This document shows, one piece after another, positions 50,115-61,300 of a stretch of DNA of 64,000 bases. The number at the start of each line of letters is the position of its first letter. Position 1 is the stretch's first letter. A program made the translations under genes and the position numbers. Under the pieces are notes generated by a model. The model did not search any database and was not told where the DNA came from. It saw only the letters and a list, made by a program, of their open reading frames with translations. Origin of the DNA: Octopus sinensis (taxonomy: Eukaryota); NCBI RefSeq assembly GCF_006345805.1, contig NC_043007.1, positions 32,612,001 to 32,676,000 on the forward strand. The letters are read 5' to 3'.

Positions 50115-50879
50115 CAAGGTAAGTATTCACAATCCAAGCAAACACCTACACACACAGAATTCTATAGTAACAGTCATATCTAGACAGACATATGATGTGT
50201 GGAAATAGATTAAGCCTTACAGTTGACACACGGCCAGGCAAACACTACACACACCCACTGAGCCAATTATTAGAAATGCTTAATTATACTGGATATAACG
50301 TTTTGTAATTAATTTGCCGTAGAACGGATGAGTTATTATCATCTGTGAATTATTAATGATTGAAATATTGGGTGGGTTTTTTTTTTGTAAGACTTCATAA
50401 TGGTGAAATAGATCTATTTTGCATGGCGCCAAGTTGCAAAGTACTGGACTGGAGGAAGAGAGGAAGACGATGATGACAGCTGCTGCCGCCACCACCATTG
50501 AATTAATGGCTTTGTGTTCTAGCAATGAACTGCAAGTCAACGAGGTTATCTGGCCAGCTAGAAATAGCAACCATATCTCTCACATCACATCTTTGTCAAT
50601 CATCATCATCATCATCCGTTTTCCGCGCTAGCACGGGTTGGACAGTTCGACCGGGGTCTGCACCAGGCTCCAGTCTGATCTGGCAGGGTTTCTACAGCTG
50701 GATGCCCTTCCTAACGCCAACCACTCCGAGAGTGTAGTGGGTGATTTTTACGTGCCACCTGCACAGGTGCCAGGGGAGTCCGGCATCGGCCACGATCGGT
50801 TGGTGCTTTTAACGTGCCACCTTAGAAAAAAAAAAACATTGGAGTAGTCCTGTCAAGGGGTTTAATTGGGAGTTATTTG

Positions 50880-51520
50880 ACCTTTTCTACTCTAGGCACA
50901 AGGCCCGAAATTTTTGGGGAGGGGGACCAGTCAATTAGATCGACCCCAGTATGCAACTGGTACTTATTTTATCGACCCTGAAAGGATGAAAAGCAAAGTC
51001 AATCTTGGCAGAATTTGAACTCAGAACGTAAAATCAAAGAATTACTGCTAAGCATTTCGCCCAGCATGCTAGTGTTTCTGCCAGCTCGTTGCTATTACAT
51101 TAGAAACGAATAATCTTTTCTACTCTAGGCACAAGGCCTGAAATTTTGGGGGAGGGGGACCAGTCGATTAGATCGACCCCAGTATGCAACTGGTACTTAA
51201 TTTATTGACCCTGAAAGGATGAAAGGTAAAATCGACCTCGGTGGAATGTGAACTCAGAATTTTGCCCAGCATGCTAATGTTTCTTATTTCTTTATTGCCC
51301 ACAAGGGGCTAAACATAGAGGGGACAAACAAGGACAGACAAAAGGATTAAGTCGATTACATCGACCCCAGTGTGCAACTGGTACTTAATTTATCAACCCC
51401 TGAAAGGATGAAAGGCAAAGTCAACCTTGGTGGAATTTGAACTCAGAACATAAAGACAGATGAAATATCGCTAAGCATTTCGCCCGGCATGCTAACGTTT
51501 CTGCCAGCTCGCCACCTTTA
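50880..51520 (-). mobile_element. three head-to-tail SINE family B copies
   Basis: repeated tactctaggcacaaggcc.gaaa..gatcgaccccagtatgcaactggtactta..gaccctgaaaggatgaaa units. Confidence 0.8.
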
Positions 51521-51807
51521 GGGAGTTATTTGATGATCTCACTAGGGCTGGTACCATGAAAAAAAAAAAGGCACCCAATACACTTTGTGGAGTGGTTGAT
51601 GTTAGGAAGGGCCCCCAGCCACAGCCCATGCAGCTCTCAGCTGAGTTGGAACTTGTGGAACCTTCCAGTACACACCAGCGTGGAAGAATATGGATGTTAA
51701 ATATAGTGGCTGAAGATGATGAGAATCATCATTTAACATCCCCTTTTCCATGCTGGCAAGGGTTGGACAGTTCAATCGGCCTATCACTCAGAGAGAGACA
51801 GACAGAC

Positions 51808-51844
<37 letters not shown>

Positions 51845-51845
<1 letters not shown>

Positions 51846-52232
51846 AAAACTATCTTTCATTACTAACAGAAGTAAAAGTTCTCAGAACTTTCTCCAAACC
51901 AGTTCTTGTTCTAGCAACTGTACTTTCAGAGCATCCTCCTCCACTGCTAATTAGGACACCTAGATAATAGAAACTAGCTATTACTTGAGAGAGCCCCCTG
52001 GGCATTTCAGAACATCTATTTCCTAGGCGCTCTGGTCATTCAGTGCTCCTGTGCATCTGCCAAAAACAGATTCTACCTTCTTGTGATTCCACTGCACCAC
52101 TTAGGTGTCCATAATCTGTATTGAGTACACCGTTTGGAATTCCCACCTATGTGTTGTCTACATATGGAACAGAGCCATTTACCTGAAGGGAGCACTGTCC
52201 TGTCTGTTTTCCTGCAACTTAGAACTTGGGTC
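51845..52232 (-). mobile_element. RTE-type LINE reverse transcriptase relic
   Basis: TQVLSCRKTDRTVLPSGKWLCSICRQHIGGNSKRCTQYRLWTPKWCSGI .. ASFYYLGVLISSGGGCSESTVARTRTG / WRKF*ELL; stops and frameshifts. Confidence 0.85.
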
Positions 52233-53789
52233 TTTGTTAAGTTCATTTTTATCTTTTCCTTATTTCAGTCACTGACCTGTGGACATGCTGGGGGACACTG
52301 CCACGAAGGGCTTTCTGGTCAAACAAATTGAGTGCAGTAATTATCCCTTCAAGCCTGGCATTTCTACAAGTCTCTTTTGCTGAACGGCTTAACCTATGTA
52401 GGTGTAAACAAACTAACACTGGCTGTCAAGGAGTGAGGGTGGGGTGGGGGATTAACAAACACAGATACAAAGACACAAACAAGTTCTTTTATTCTTTTAC
52501 TTGTTTCAGCCATTTGACTGCGGCCATGCAGGAGCACCGCCTTTAGTGGAACAAATCAACCCCAGAACTTATTCTTTGTAAGCCTAGTACTTATCTTATC
52601 AGCCCCTTTTGTCAAACCACTAAGTTATGGGGACGTAAACATACCAACATATATATATGTATACACATACACGACAGGCTTCTTTCAGTTTCTGTGTACC
52701 AAATCTACTCACAAGGCTTTGGTCAGCATGAGGTTATAGCAGAAGACACTTGCCCAAGGTGCCACACAATGGGACTGAACCCAGAACCATGTGGTTGGGA
52801 AGCAAGCTTGTATATAAAATTTGAGAGACACACACACATTTAAATATTCAACAAGTTTCTGGTTTCCTTCTCCCAAATTTCCTCACAAGGCATTGGTTGG
52901 TCAGGGGCTATAGTAGAAGACACTTTCCCAAAGTGCTGTACAGTGGGTACGAACCCAAAACCACATAGTTGCAAAGCAAGCTTCTTATCCACATAACCAT
53001 GCCTGCCCCACCACACATATATCATCATCATCATCGTTTAACATCTGCTTTCCATGCTAGCTTGGGTTGGACGGTTCAACCGGGGTCTGGGAAGCCAGAA
53101 GGCTGCACCAGGCTCCAGTCTGATCCGGCAGAGTTTCTACAGCTGGATGCCCTTCCTAATGCCAACCACTCCATGAGTGTAGTGGGTGCTTTTTACGTTG
53201 TCACCGGCACGGACACCAGTCAGGTGGTGCTGGCATCAGCCACGTTCAGATGGTGCTTTTTACGTACCACCAACACAGGTATCATATATATACATAACAG
53301 GCTTCCACACAGTTTCCATCTACCAAATTTACTCACAAGGCATTGGTTGGTCCGGGGCTATAGTTGAAGATACTTTCTTAAATTGCTGTGCAGTGAGACT
53401 GAACCCCCAAACCACGCCTACATCCACCCATCAAAGAAGGTCATGGCTGGAACACAGCCAGCATGATGAACGTGGGTGGGCGGGGGGATAAACAATAAGT
53501 GGTGTTTACATTTGAAGCCAGTAATGTGATTGTGGAACATTCGTTACATTCATTATAGACTCTTCACCCTCACCCCACCCCACCAACACATTATACACCC
53601 TCACAGGAATAAACACCCAGATTTAATTACAACATTGATGCACCACTGCTGTGCACCTACTGTGTACTCAGCTACTATACAGCCACCTGATCTGCTAGTA
53701 ATAGCAACCAAACTTCTTTCAAATAAACTTTGCAGAAGGAAGGATGTAACGTAGTCTTGAATATAAATATAAAGACTTGATGGTCTTAT

Positions 53790-53822
<33 letters not shown>

Positions 53823-55210
53823 CACATACACATATAGAGAAAGAGGTAAGGTTGATATATCTCTACATCTATTATGCAGGTAGGTATACATATACTATGT
53901 CATACCTTAGTACCGTGTGCACTGGGATGCGTATTGTAAGGCTGCTGATATTAAATAAAGTGTTAAATACTAATATGGTATGCAAATTAGTATCCACAGT
54001 TCACTATAGCAACTAGATTTGATGTGTATGTAAATGGATTAGCAACTTGTTTCTCTGGAGTTGGTCAAGTGATATGGACATCACTGATGAGACCCCAATA
54101 ATATCAGAAAAATGGATCAAGGCTATTTTTTTCAATTTAGAGAAATGGGCAAATTTGTATGTCTACTACGCAGGTTGACAAATATTATATCATATATCAT
54201 ATATATATATATATAATCGCAATCTCAAGCAGTAACATTATATCCACTTCACCAATCAGTGTCATAACAAAATACATTTTTAGTTCTACTTAGTCACTTG
54301 GTATGCTAGAAAAAGCAGCCAAACCTCCCTCAACTCACACATCACTGTCTCTGAAAAGGACGATGTATAGTGTAGTTCTGGTTTGGGCTTCTTGTACACA
54401 GAACAAAAGATGATATTGCCACAATTGGAATGTCTTCGATATGCTTGCTTGATTGGGTTCACCTGGGAGGTAAACTCCCAACAACACCAACATTATCATA
54501 GACACACACTTATCATATCTTAATAGCAATAAACACCAGCCACACACACATTATAGCCTTGATGGCAATAAGCACCTGTGTGTGCAACCAGCCACACACA
54601 TAGTAAAACTGCCAACCAACAACACATACGCACCTAGTTCTAAGCGTTAATAGGTTTTCTTGTTTACAAAACATTGGTCGTGCCTCCAACAACGGTAAAA
54701 CGACACCATTATCAACAGAAAAAAAAAATTATATTACTGTAACGGTAACGATAAAACACAAAAACCAGTGGCATAAAACACAAACAAGAACAAGAACAAC
54801 AACAACACGGAGACTTGTCATCAACAACAAAAATGCAAATAAAACACAAATATGTAACAATAACAACAACAACGAATGATAACAGCATCTTTTGCCACCA
54901 CCCGTTTCCGCTCACATAGATGAGGCGTAATAGTGGAAAGAGGGGGAGGTAGAGGGTGGAGAGAGAGAGAGAGAGCAAGAGGAAGAGAGGGAGGAGGAGG
55001 AGGCAAGCCAGTAAATTAGAGCTGTTTTACTCTCTCACTGATATCATTCTTTTACCCCCAGGATGTCGAGAGGTACGGTCTGGTTGACAAAAAAATAAAT
55101 AAACAGAACAAAAACACGACAAAAAAAAACAACTATAATACCAACATAAACAGTTGAGCATCCCCTGCACTTTGCCAAACGCTCAACCAGATGTGCAACT
55201 AAACAACAAA

Positions 55211-55603
55211 TCTCTCTCTATATAAAGCTGAAGTTGTCTGTGTGGCATTTTTGGTGGCCTTCAACTAACACTATCTCCTCCGAGACCCTGCAGCACAAGT
55301 TCACCAAAATTGAGATTATGATAGAAGAAGGCTTGCTCTTCCTTCCATAGAAGATAAAATTCAAATTGGACCATGTTAACACCAAAAATTATTTACATCA
55401 AAAAGGTGCTTATATTTCTATGAAAATCCCTATTTTTTAACGATTTTTTTTATTGCTGTGTTGCCATTTTTTGGTGTATTTCAACCAGAAAAATGTTCAC
55501 TTCAAGAGAATAACAAGCTACATAATGCAAAATTCTTACTTTTCAAAAATTCCAATTCTAAAGAGTCGAAACAAACCCAAGTAACGCCGGGCGATACTGC
55601 TAG
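55211..55603 (+). mobile_element. Helitron-like non-autonomous element, full length
   Basis: A|TC start, subterminal hairpin cccaagtaacgccggg, CTAG|T end, no TSD. Confidence 0.8.
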
Positions 55604-56039
55604 TGTAAGATATAGAGCAGTGTTTCTCAACCATTCTCTTACAGCTGAGAACCATAGCTTTTGATACCAACTTGTCTAAAGACTAGTGTTAAATCTATCT
55701 TCTGGTTCCTTCATCAATTATTGTGTGTGTGTCTTTGTGACTTAGCACTTCACCAAATGACACCATTAGAATAATAACCAGACTTCAAAAGAAAAATACA
55801 TGGGAACTGTCTTCTTTTATAGCCCTGGGCTGATCAAAGCATTGTCAGTGAATTTGGTTGATGGAAACTGTATGGAAGCCCATGTGTGTGTGTTTGTGTT
55901 TTTGTCTACCACCACCGTTTCACAACCAGTGTCGGTTGGTTTACACCCCACTCCCATGACTTAGTGGTTCGGCAAAAGAGATTAACAGAATAAGTACCTG
56001 ACTTAAAATAAGTACTAGGGTCAATCTGTTCAACTAAAC

Positions 56040-56367
56040 CAGGGCAGGACAACCTGAGGCCCGCGGGTCACAGACTTTTATCTTGCGGCCCGCTTGATAC
56101 TTTCTTGAAATGGGTTTACTTAAACAAACATTAAAAAAAAATTTTTTTTATCAAAAATCAAGGATTGTAATGAAAAGTAAAAATGAAAGATTCTACTGTT
56201 TTTGCAATTATGATACTTCAAGTTCAATCAACGATCATTCATTCATTATTGTAATAATAGCATGAGAAAATAAAATGCTTTCAATTCTGTCAGTATACAA
56301 GTGGCCCTTAAAAAAACTTTCTGTGATCAAAGTGGCCCCACAATGTAATTCGAGCTGGCCGGGTCTG
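56040..56367. mobile_element. hAT-like MITE inserted into a family A SINE
   Basis: perfect 8-bp TSD AACTAAAC (56032-56039, 56368-56375); CAG..CTG termini; cggcccgcgg-type subterminal motifs. Confidence 0.8.
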
Positions 56368-57607
56368 AACTAAACTCTTCAAAGCAGTGCCCCAACATGG
56401 CCACGTTTCAATGAGAGAAACAAGTAAAAGATAAAAGAAATTACTAATGAAGACAAAGATTTCTATGAATGATGAGATTCTATTTAACCTTGGTTCATCA
56501 TCATCATCATCACCACCAGGTTTATGTTTTTGCTCACTGATAACAATGATCTCCTTTTCACATTCAGATTCCAACAAAGATTCTTTTGAAAAAATATATA
56601 AGTATTGTACCTGGTTTACATATTTTATCAGTAACCCACTCCCCGACCCTTCTAAACACCCTGGGCCTCCTACAGCACCCTTGTGAATTTTTAACATCAC
56701 TCAACCCCAAGGAGATGCTTTTGCCCTGCTTAAGAAACAACGATCTAAATATCATCATCATTTAATGCCGGTTTTCCCTGCTGGCATGGGTTGGATGGTT
56801 TGACTGAGGACTGGCAAACCAGATGGCTGCACCAGGCTCCAATCTTATCTTGCAAAGTTTCTACAGCTGGATGCCCTTCCTAACACCAACCACCCCAAGA
56901 GTATAGTGGGTGCTTTTTACATGCCACCAGCATGGGAGCCAGTCAGGCGGTACTGTCATTGGCTACATTCGGACAGTGCTTTTTACATGCCACCGGCATA
57001 GGAGCCAGTCAGGGCAGCTTTGGGGGAGGACCTGGCATCGACTACGTTCAGATGGTGCTTTTTACGTGCCACTGGCACGGGGAGCTAGTCAGGCAGCACT
57101 GGCAATGACCCACGCATGAATCATGCTTATTGTGTGCCACCAGCACAAGAGCCAGTCAAGCAGCACTGGCATCGGCCACATCTGCAATTTCCATTTTGAT
57201 TTAATTTTTGGGATTTTTAGATGGAGAATAAACCAATTGAAAGGCACGACATAATGTTAAACTCAACACAGAACATGAGTACAAGAACGTGGTACAGCTG
57301 TTTTGGCCCTCCTCTCCAATTCAGTGTCACCAATTCAAGGCTGACTTATTTGATACCAAATATTCCTCTCCACGCTAATGTGTGTGAGCATCTAGTCATG
57401 TTTGTATATATAATGCTCTTTTCTCTTCACTTCTCTGTGTATATTTCTGCATGAGTGAGCATGTGTATGTGCCTCCAGTGTCACAGCATCATCATCGTTG
57501 TTTAATGTCCACCTTCCATGCTAGCATGGGTGGAACGGTGCCACAAGAGCCAGGCAGGCCAAAGCCTGCACCAGACTTCTGTGACTGTTTTGGCAGGATT
57601 TTTACAG

Positions 57608-57920
57608 CTGGGTTCCCATTCCTAAGGTATTTTTCAATGTTGTTGCTATTGCCTAGAATTGAACTTGGAATCTTGGGGTTAAGAGTGCGGGCTACCAACC
57701 CCAAGATTCCGAGTTCGATTCCAGGCAGTGACCTGAATAATAACAACATCGAAAAATACCTTAGGAATGAGAACCCAGGTTCGAACTTTGCCCAAGACAC
57801 ACGATGAAGGCTGGAGGCTATATCAGCTGAAACACTGTGTTAACAACAAACAACATAAGGACAAATAGCCATCAAATGTAAATAATGTGCATAATTCCTC
57901 ATCTCTTAAATACAGAACTG
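57608..57920 (+). mobile_element. family D copy B with 5' foldback inversion and decayed hammerhead core
   Basis: clearly similar to 8325-8590; core reads ACGATGA..GAAACACT; 57608-57680 is the reverse complement of 57697-57778. Confidence 0.8.
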
Positions 57921-58029
57921 AAATAAACTTCCATACTAAGACAAATAAAATTAAGAAGAACTGCAAAAATATTCAGTATAAAGTGGGCAAGTAATATTTC
58001 ATGCATGTGCTTCATCGTTTGGCCCTCTC

Positions 58030-58330
58030 CCACTTGGAAATGATACGATGCAGACCCCAGTTGACGAAAACTTGCCCATCCCTATCTAAACAGCATGTTA
58101 AGTCTGTGCCGAGTTAACCTTTTTTTTCTGTGACCATGTGTTATCATGGAAAGAGTCAAATAAGTGCAGCTGTTTGGATACTGATGACTTGGCATAGCTT
58201 ACATTGCAGTATTTGTATTCTTGAAAAATAGAGACACCTCTTGTATACTTTTATGGTAACACACCGTTTTCAATATGGTAGAGACAGAAGATTAACCAGG
58301 ATACTTTTTCATTCAAGAAATCACCTTTGA
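58030..58330 (-). mobile_element. highly degenerate LINE RT relic (probable RTE)
   Basis: fragments NSCTYL..KKVNSA and R*GWASFRQL resemble the YLG..ARI..W.KFREL region. Confidence 0.35.
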
Positions 58331-61300
58331 TCAGACAAATTTACAATAGTTGTGACACCCAAATTTAACATCTACTGGTAGTTTTTACCATCGAAACCAG
58401 TATATTACAAGCTGCTTTTTATAAGCGGAATAATAGGTTAAATCAAATATATTAGAACGTAGATCATTGTAAATAAGCTGGTTTGAGGACAGACATTAGC
58501 ATAGAGCAGGTAGCTACATATGTCGACTGTCTGGCATATCAGTTGCTTCTCTGGATTGTATTACAGAGTTCTTGAATGGTACATTGGAACCCATTAACAT
58601 TTAATGTAGGAAGATGCAAAGCTTCTTTGCTATTCCTGACTTGTGCTACATTCATTTCGAAGCATGGTTCTTTTACCTCAAAGTAGTAGTTCCAAAATTC
58701 CTGGTCCCTTCCTCTTACTCACCATCACAGACAGAAACCATTTTCTGCAGTGAATTCATAACAACGATATTTCACAAATATAACTTAACCTTATTAACCC
58801 TTTATTTTGCTTTATTTATTTTTTTATATCCATTGACCCGTTTTGGCTACCCCATTATCATCCCGTTTTTCTTCAACGCCCCTCCCCGGATCTTTCTACC
58901 ATCCCCAGCGGGGTGGTATCGCCCACTTTGGGAACCACTGCATTGAAGCATTAAAGTCCTCAACAGTAGCTCTACACCTTTTCTAGTCCACGCTTAAGAG
59001 CAGGTATCAATGTGTAATTAAGAAGTTTGCTTCCCATGTGCTCAGTCCTACTAATTGGCACATCAGGCAGTTGTCTTCTACTACAACCCTGGGTTAATAA
59101 AATCTCTTGAGTGGGTTTGGTAAATGGAAACTAAAAGAAGCCCATTTGTATACATACATATATACATATGAAGTTCAGTAGCACTGTGCGATACCTAGGG
59201 TATCTTCTATTATAGCCCTGGGTTTATGAAACTTTTTGAGTGTATTTGGTAAATGGAAACTAAAAGAAGCCCATTGTATACATACCACACACAAATATAT
59301 ATGTATGTGTGCGTGTGCGTAGGTGCTTCAAATAAGCATCAGAACTTCACAAGTGATGTTACTTGCCTTCAGTCTCCTACAAAAATCATGTCTGGTGAAT
59401 GTTGGTGACAGGAAGGGCACCCTGAAAATCTGCCCCAACAGATTCCAAGTGTATATATGTACAAAATCCAAGTGTACAAAACTGAACATTAAATGATGTT
59501 GATGATGATGATTTCACACAAGGTGCTCAGTTCGGAATAATAAATTCGAGACTTATTTGTAACCCCATATCTAACAAAATACACTATCCATGTGTTTTAT
59601 TTAAATAATCTAGAACTTGGAGAGATTTACTCAATATTATCAGTCTAAAAAAAGATACAGAGCAAGGGTAAGAAAAAAAAAGCAATATTACTAAATGGAT
59701 AATATTTAAATTTATGCATTAGTTTTGCAAAATTCTTGGTGTGAGATTATGTATTGAAACAGATACTGATGCATTTGGGGATGGTCATCTTTGTCAATTA
59801 AACACACACACTGTATATTTGATCTTCACTTTAGCTTTATCATTACTCCTGTTTTTAGTTGTTTTTTTTTTGTCAAAGTTCTTTTGTCACGCATTCTGTG
59901 ACCTCTTTGGCAACTTTCCATTCCATGTGGGAGATGGACATGAGAGGTGTTGGCAGTCGGTAGTCAAGTGAAGAAAGAAAGATCAACGTGGAAGGAGGAG
60001 AGATGGACACACACACACACACACATATATAGATATCAATCATCATCATGTAACTATATTCCTTGCTGGTGTGGGTCAGACAATTTGACAGAATCTAATG
60101 TTTCCAAGGACTGCATTGTATTCCAACAGCATGAGCGGGGCACCTTTTATGTGCCATCTGCCACTACCGAGGTCATTGCGTAGCTTGTAGAACTAGACCC
60201 TGGTGGGTTGGGCAGCTTCATGCTGGTGGACGAGGGATTGAACTATGAGAGGAGCAGTGCAGGTTCTTGTAGCAGTTTCTGTCTACCAAAATTCACTCAT
60301 AAGCTTTGCCCAAAGCGCCAAGCAGTGGGACTGAAGCCAAAACAGAATGGTTAAGAAGCAAACTACTTAATCAAATGCCCGATAGAATAATATTAGTCAT
60401 TAATAGTTTTTCTTTACTAGGTAATTACTTTTTAATGTTCTCTGTTTTGAATATGTTAACGCTAACGTAACCGATGTATTTTATGTAGGTGGCATTTATA
60501 AGTTATGGAAAACCAGATGTTTACGAAACATGAGGCCATTCTTAATTAAAGCACATAATATCAGTAACTGTAATTTCAAAATCTTGCAATTAATTCCTGA
60601 AAACACTTGTGTATATCTATTATTATTAATACTTTTTGTTCAACAAACTGGCGGTACGTAAAAGTACCCATTACACTCTTGGAGTGGTAAGTGTTAGGAA
60701 GGGCATCCAGCTGTGAGACCATGCCAAAACAGACACAGAAGTTTGGTGCTGGTTCCTGCGTGGCCAACCCCTGTCAAACAATGATGATGATACATACACT
60801 CCCTTTTAAAGCCTAGCCAGGCTCATGGGCCTGGTTTCCCGGTTTCTATGGCGTATGTGTTCCCCAGCCGGACGGGATGCCAGTCCATCGCAGCGTTACT
60901 CATTTTTGCCAGCTGAGTGGACTGGAGCAACGTGAAATGAAGCGTTTTGCTCAAGAACACAAAGCATCGCCCGGTCCAGGAATTGAACCACAATCCTATG
61001 ATCATGGTGCTGACACCCTAACCACTAAGCTACGTGCCTCCACACACACACATATATATATTCACAATATAGGTTAGTTAAAATATGCTTGTCACATATT
61101 TCAATTGCTAAAGGCTTCAACTAACCTAAATTGTGATTATACGTAAACACTGCTTTGTACATATATATAAGGTTAGAATAACCGTCTAAGGGATAAAAAT
61201 ATCTGTTTTACTACCAGTATAATTACCTATGTTAACCCTGGGCATACATGTGCAAGCATATTATTGCTCATATGTTACAGGCATTGACAAAGATGAACAT

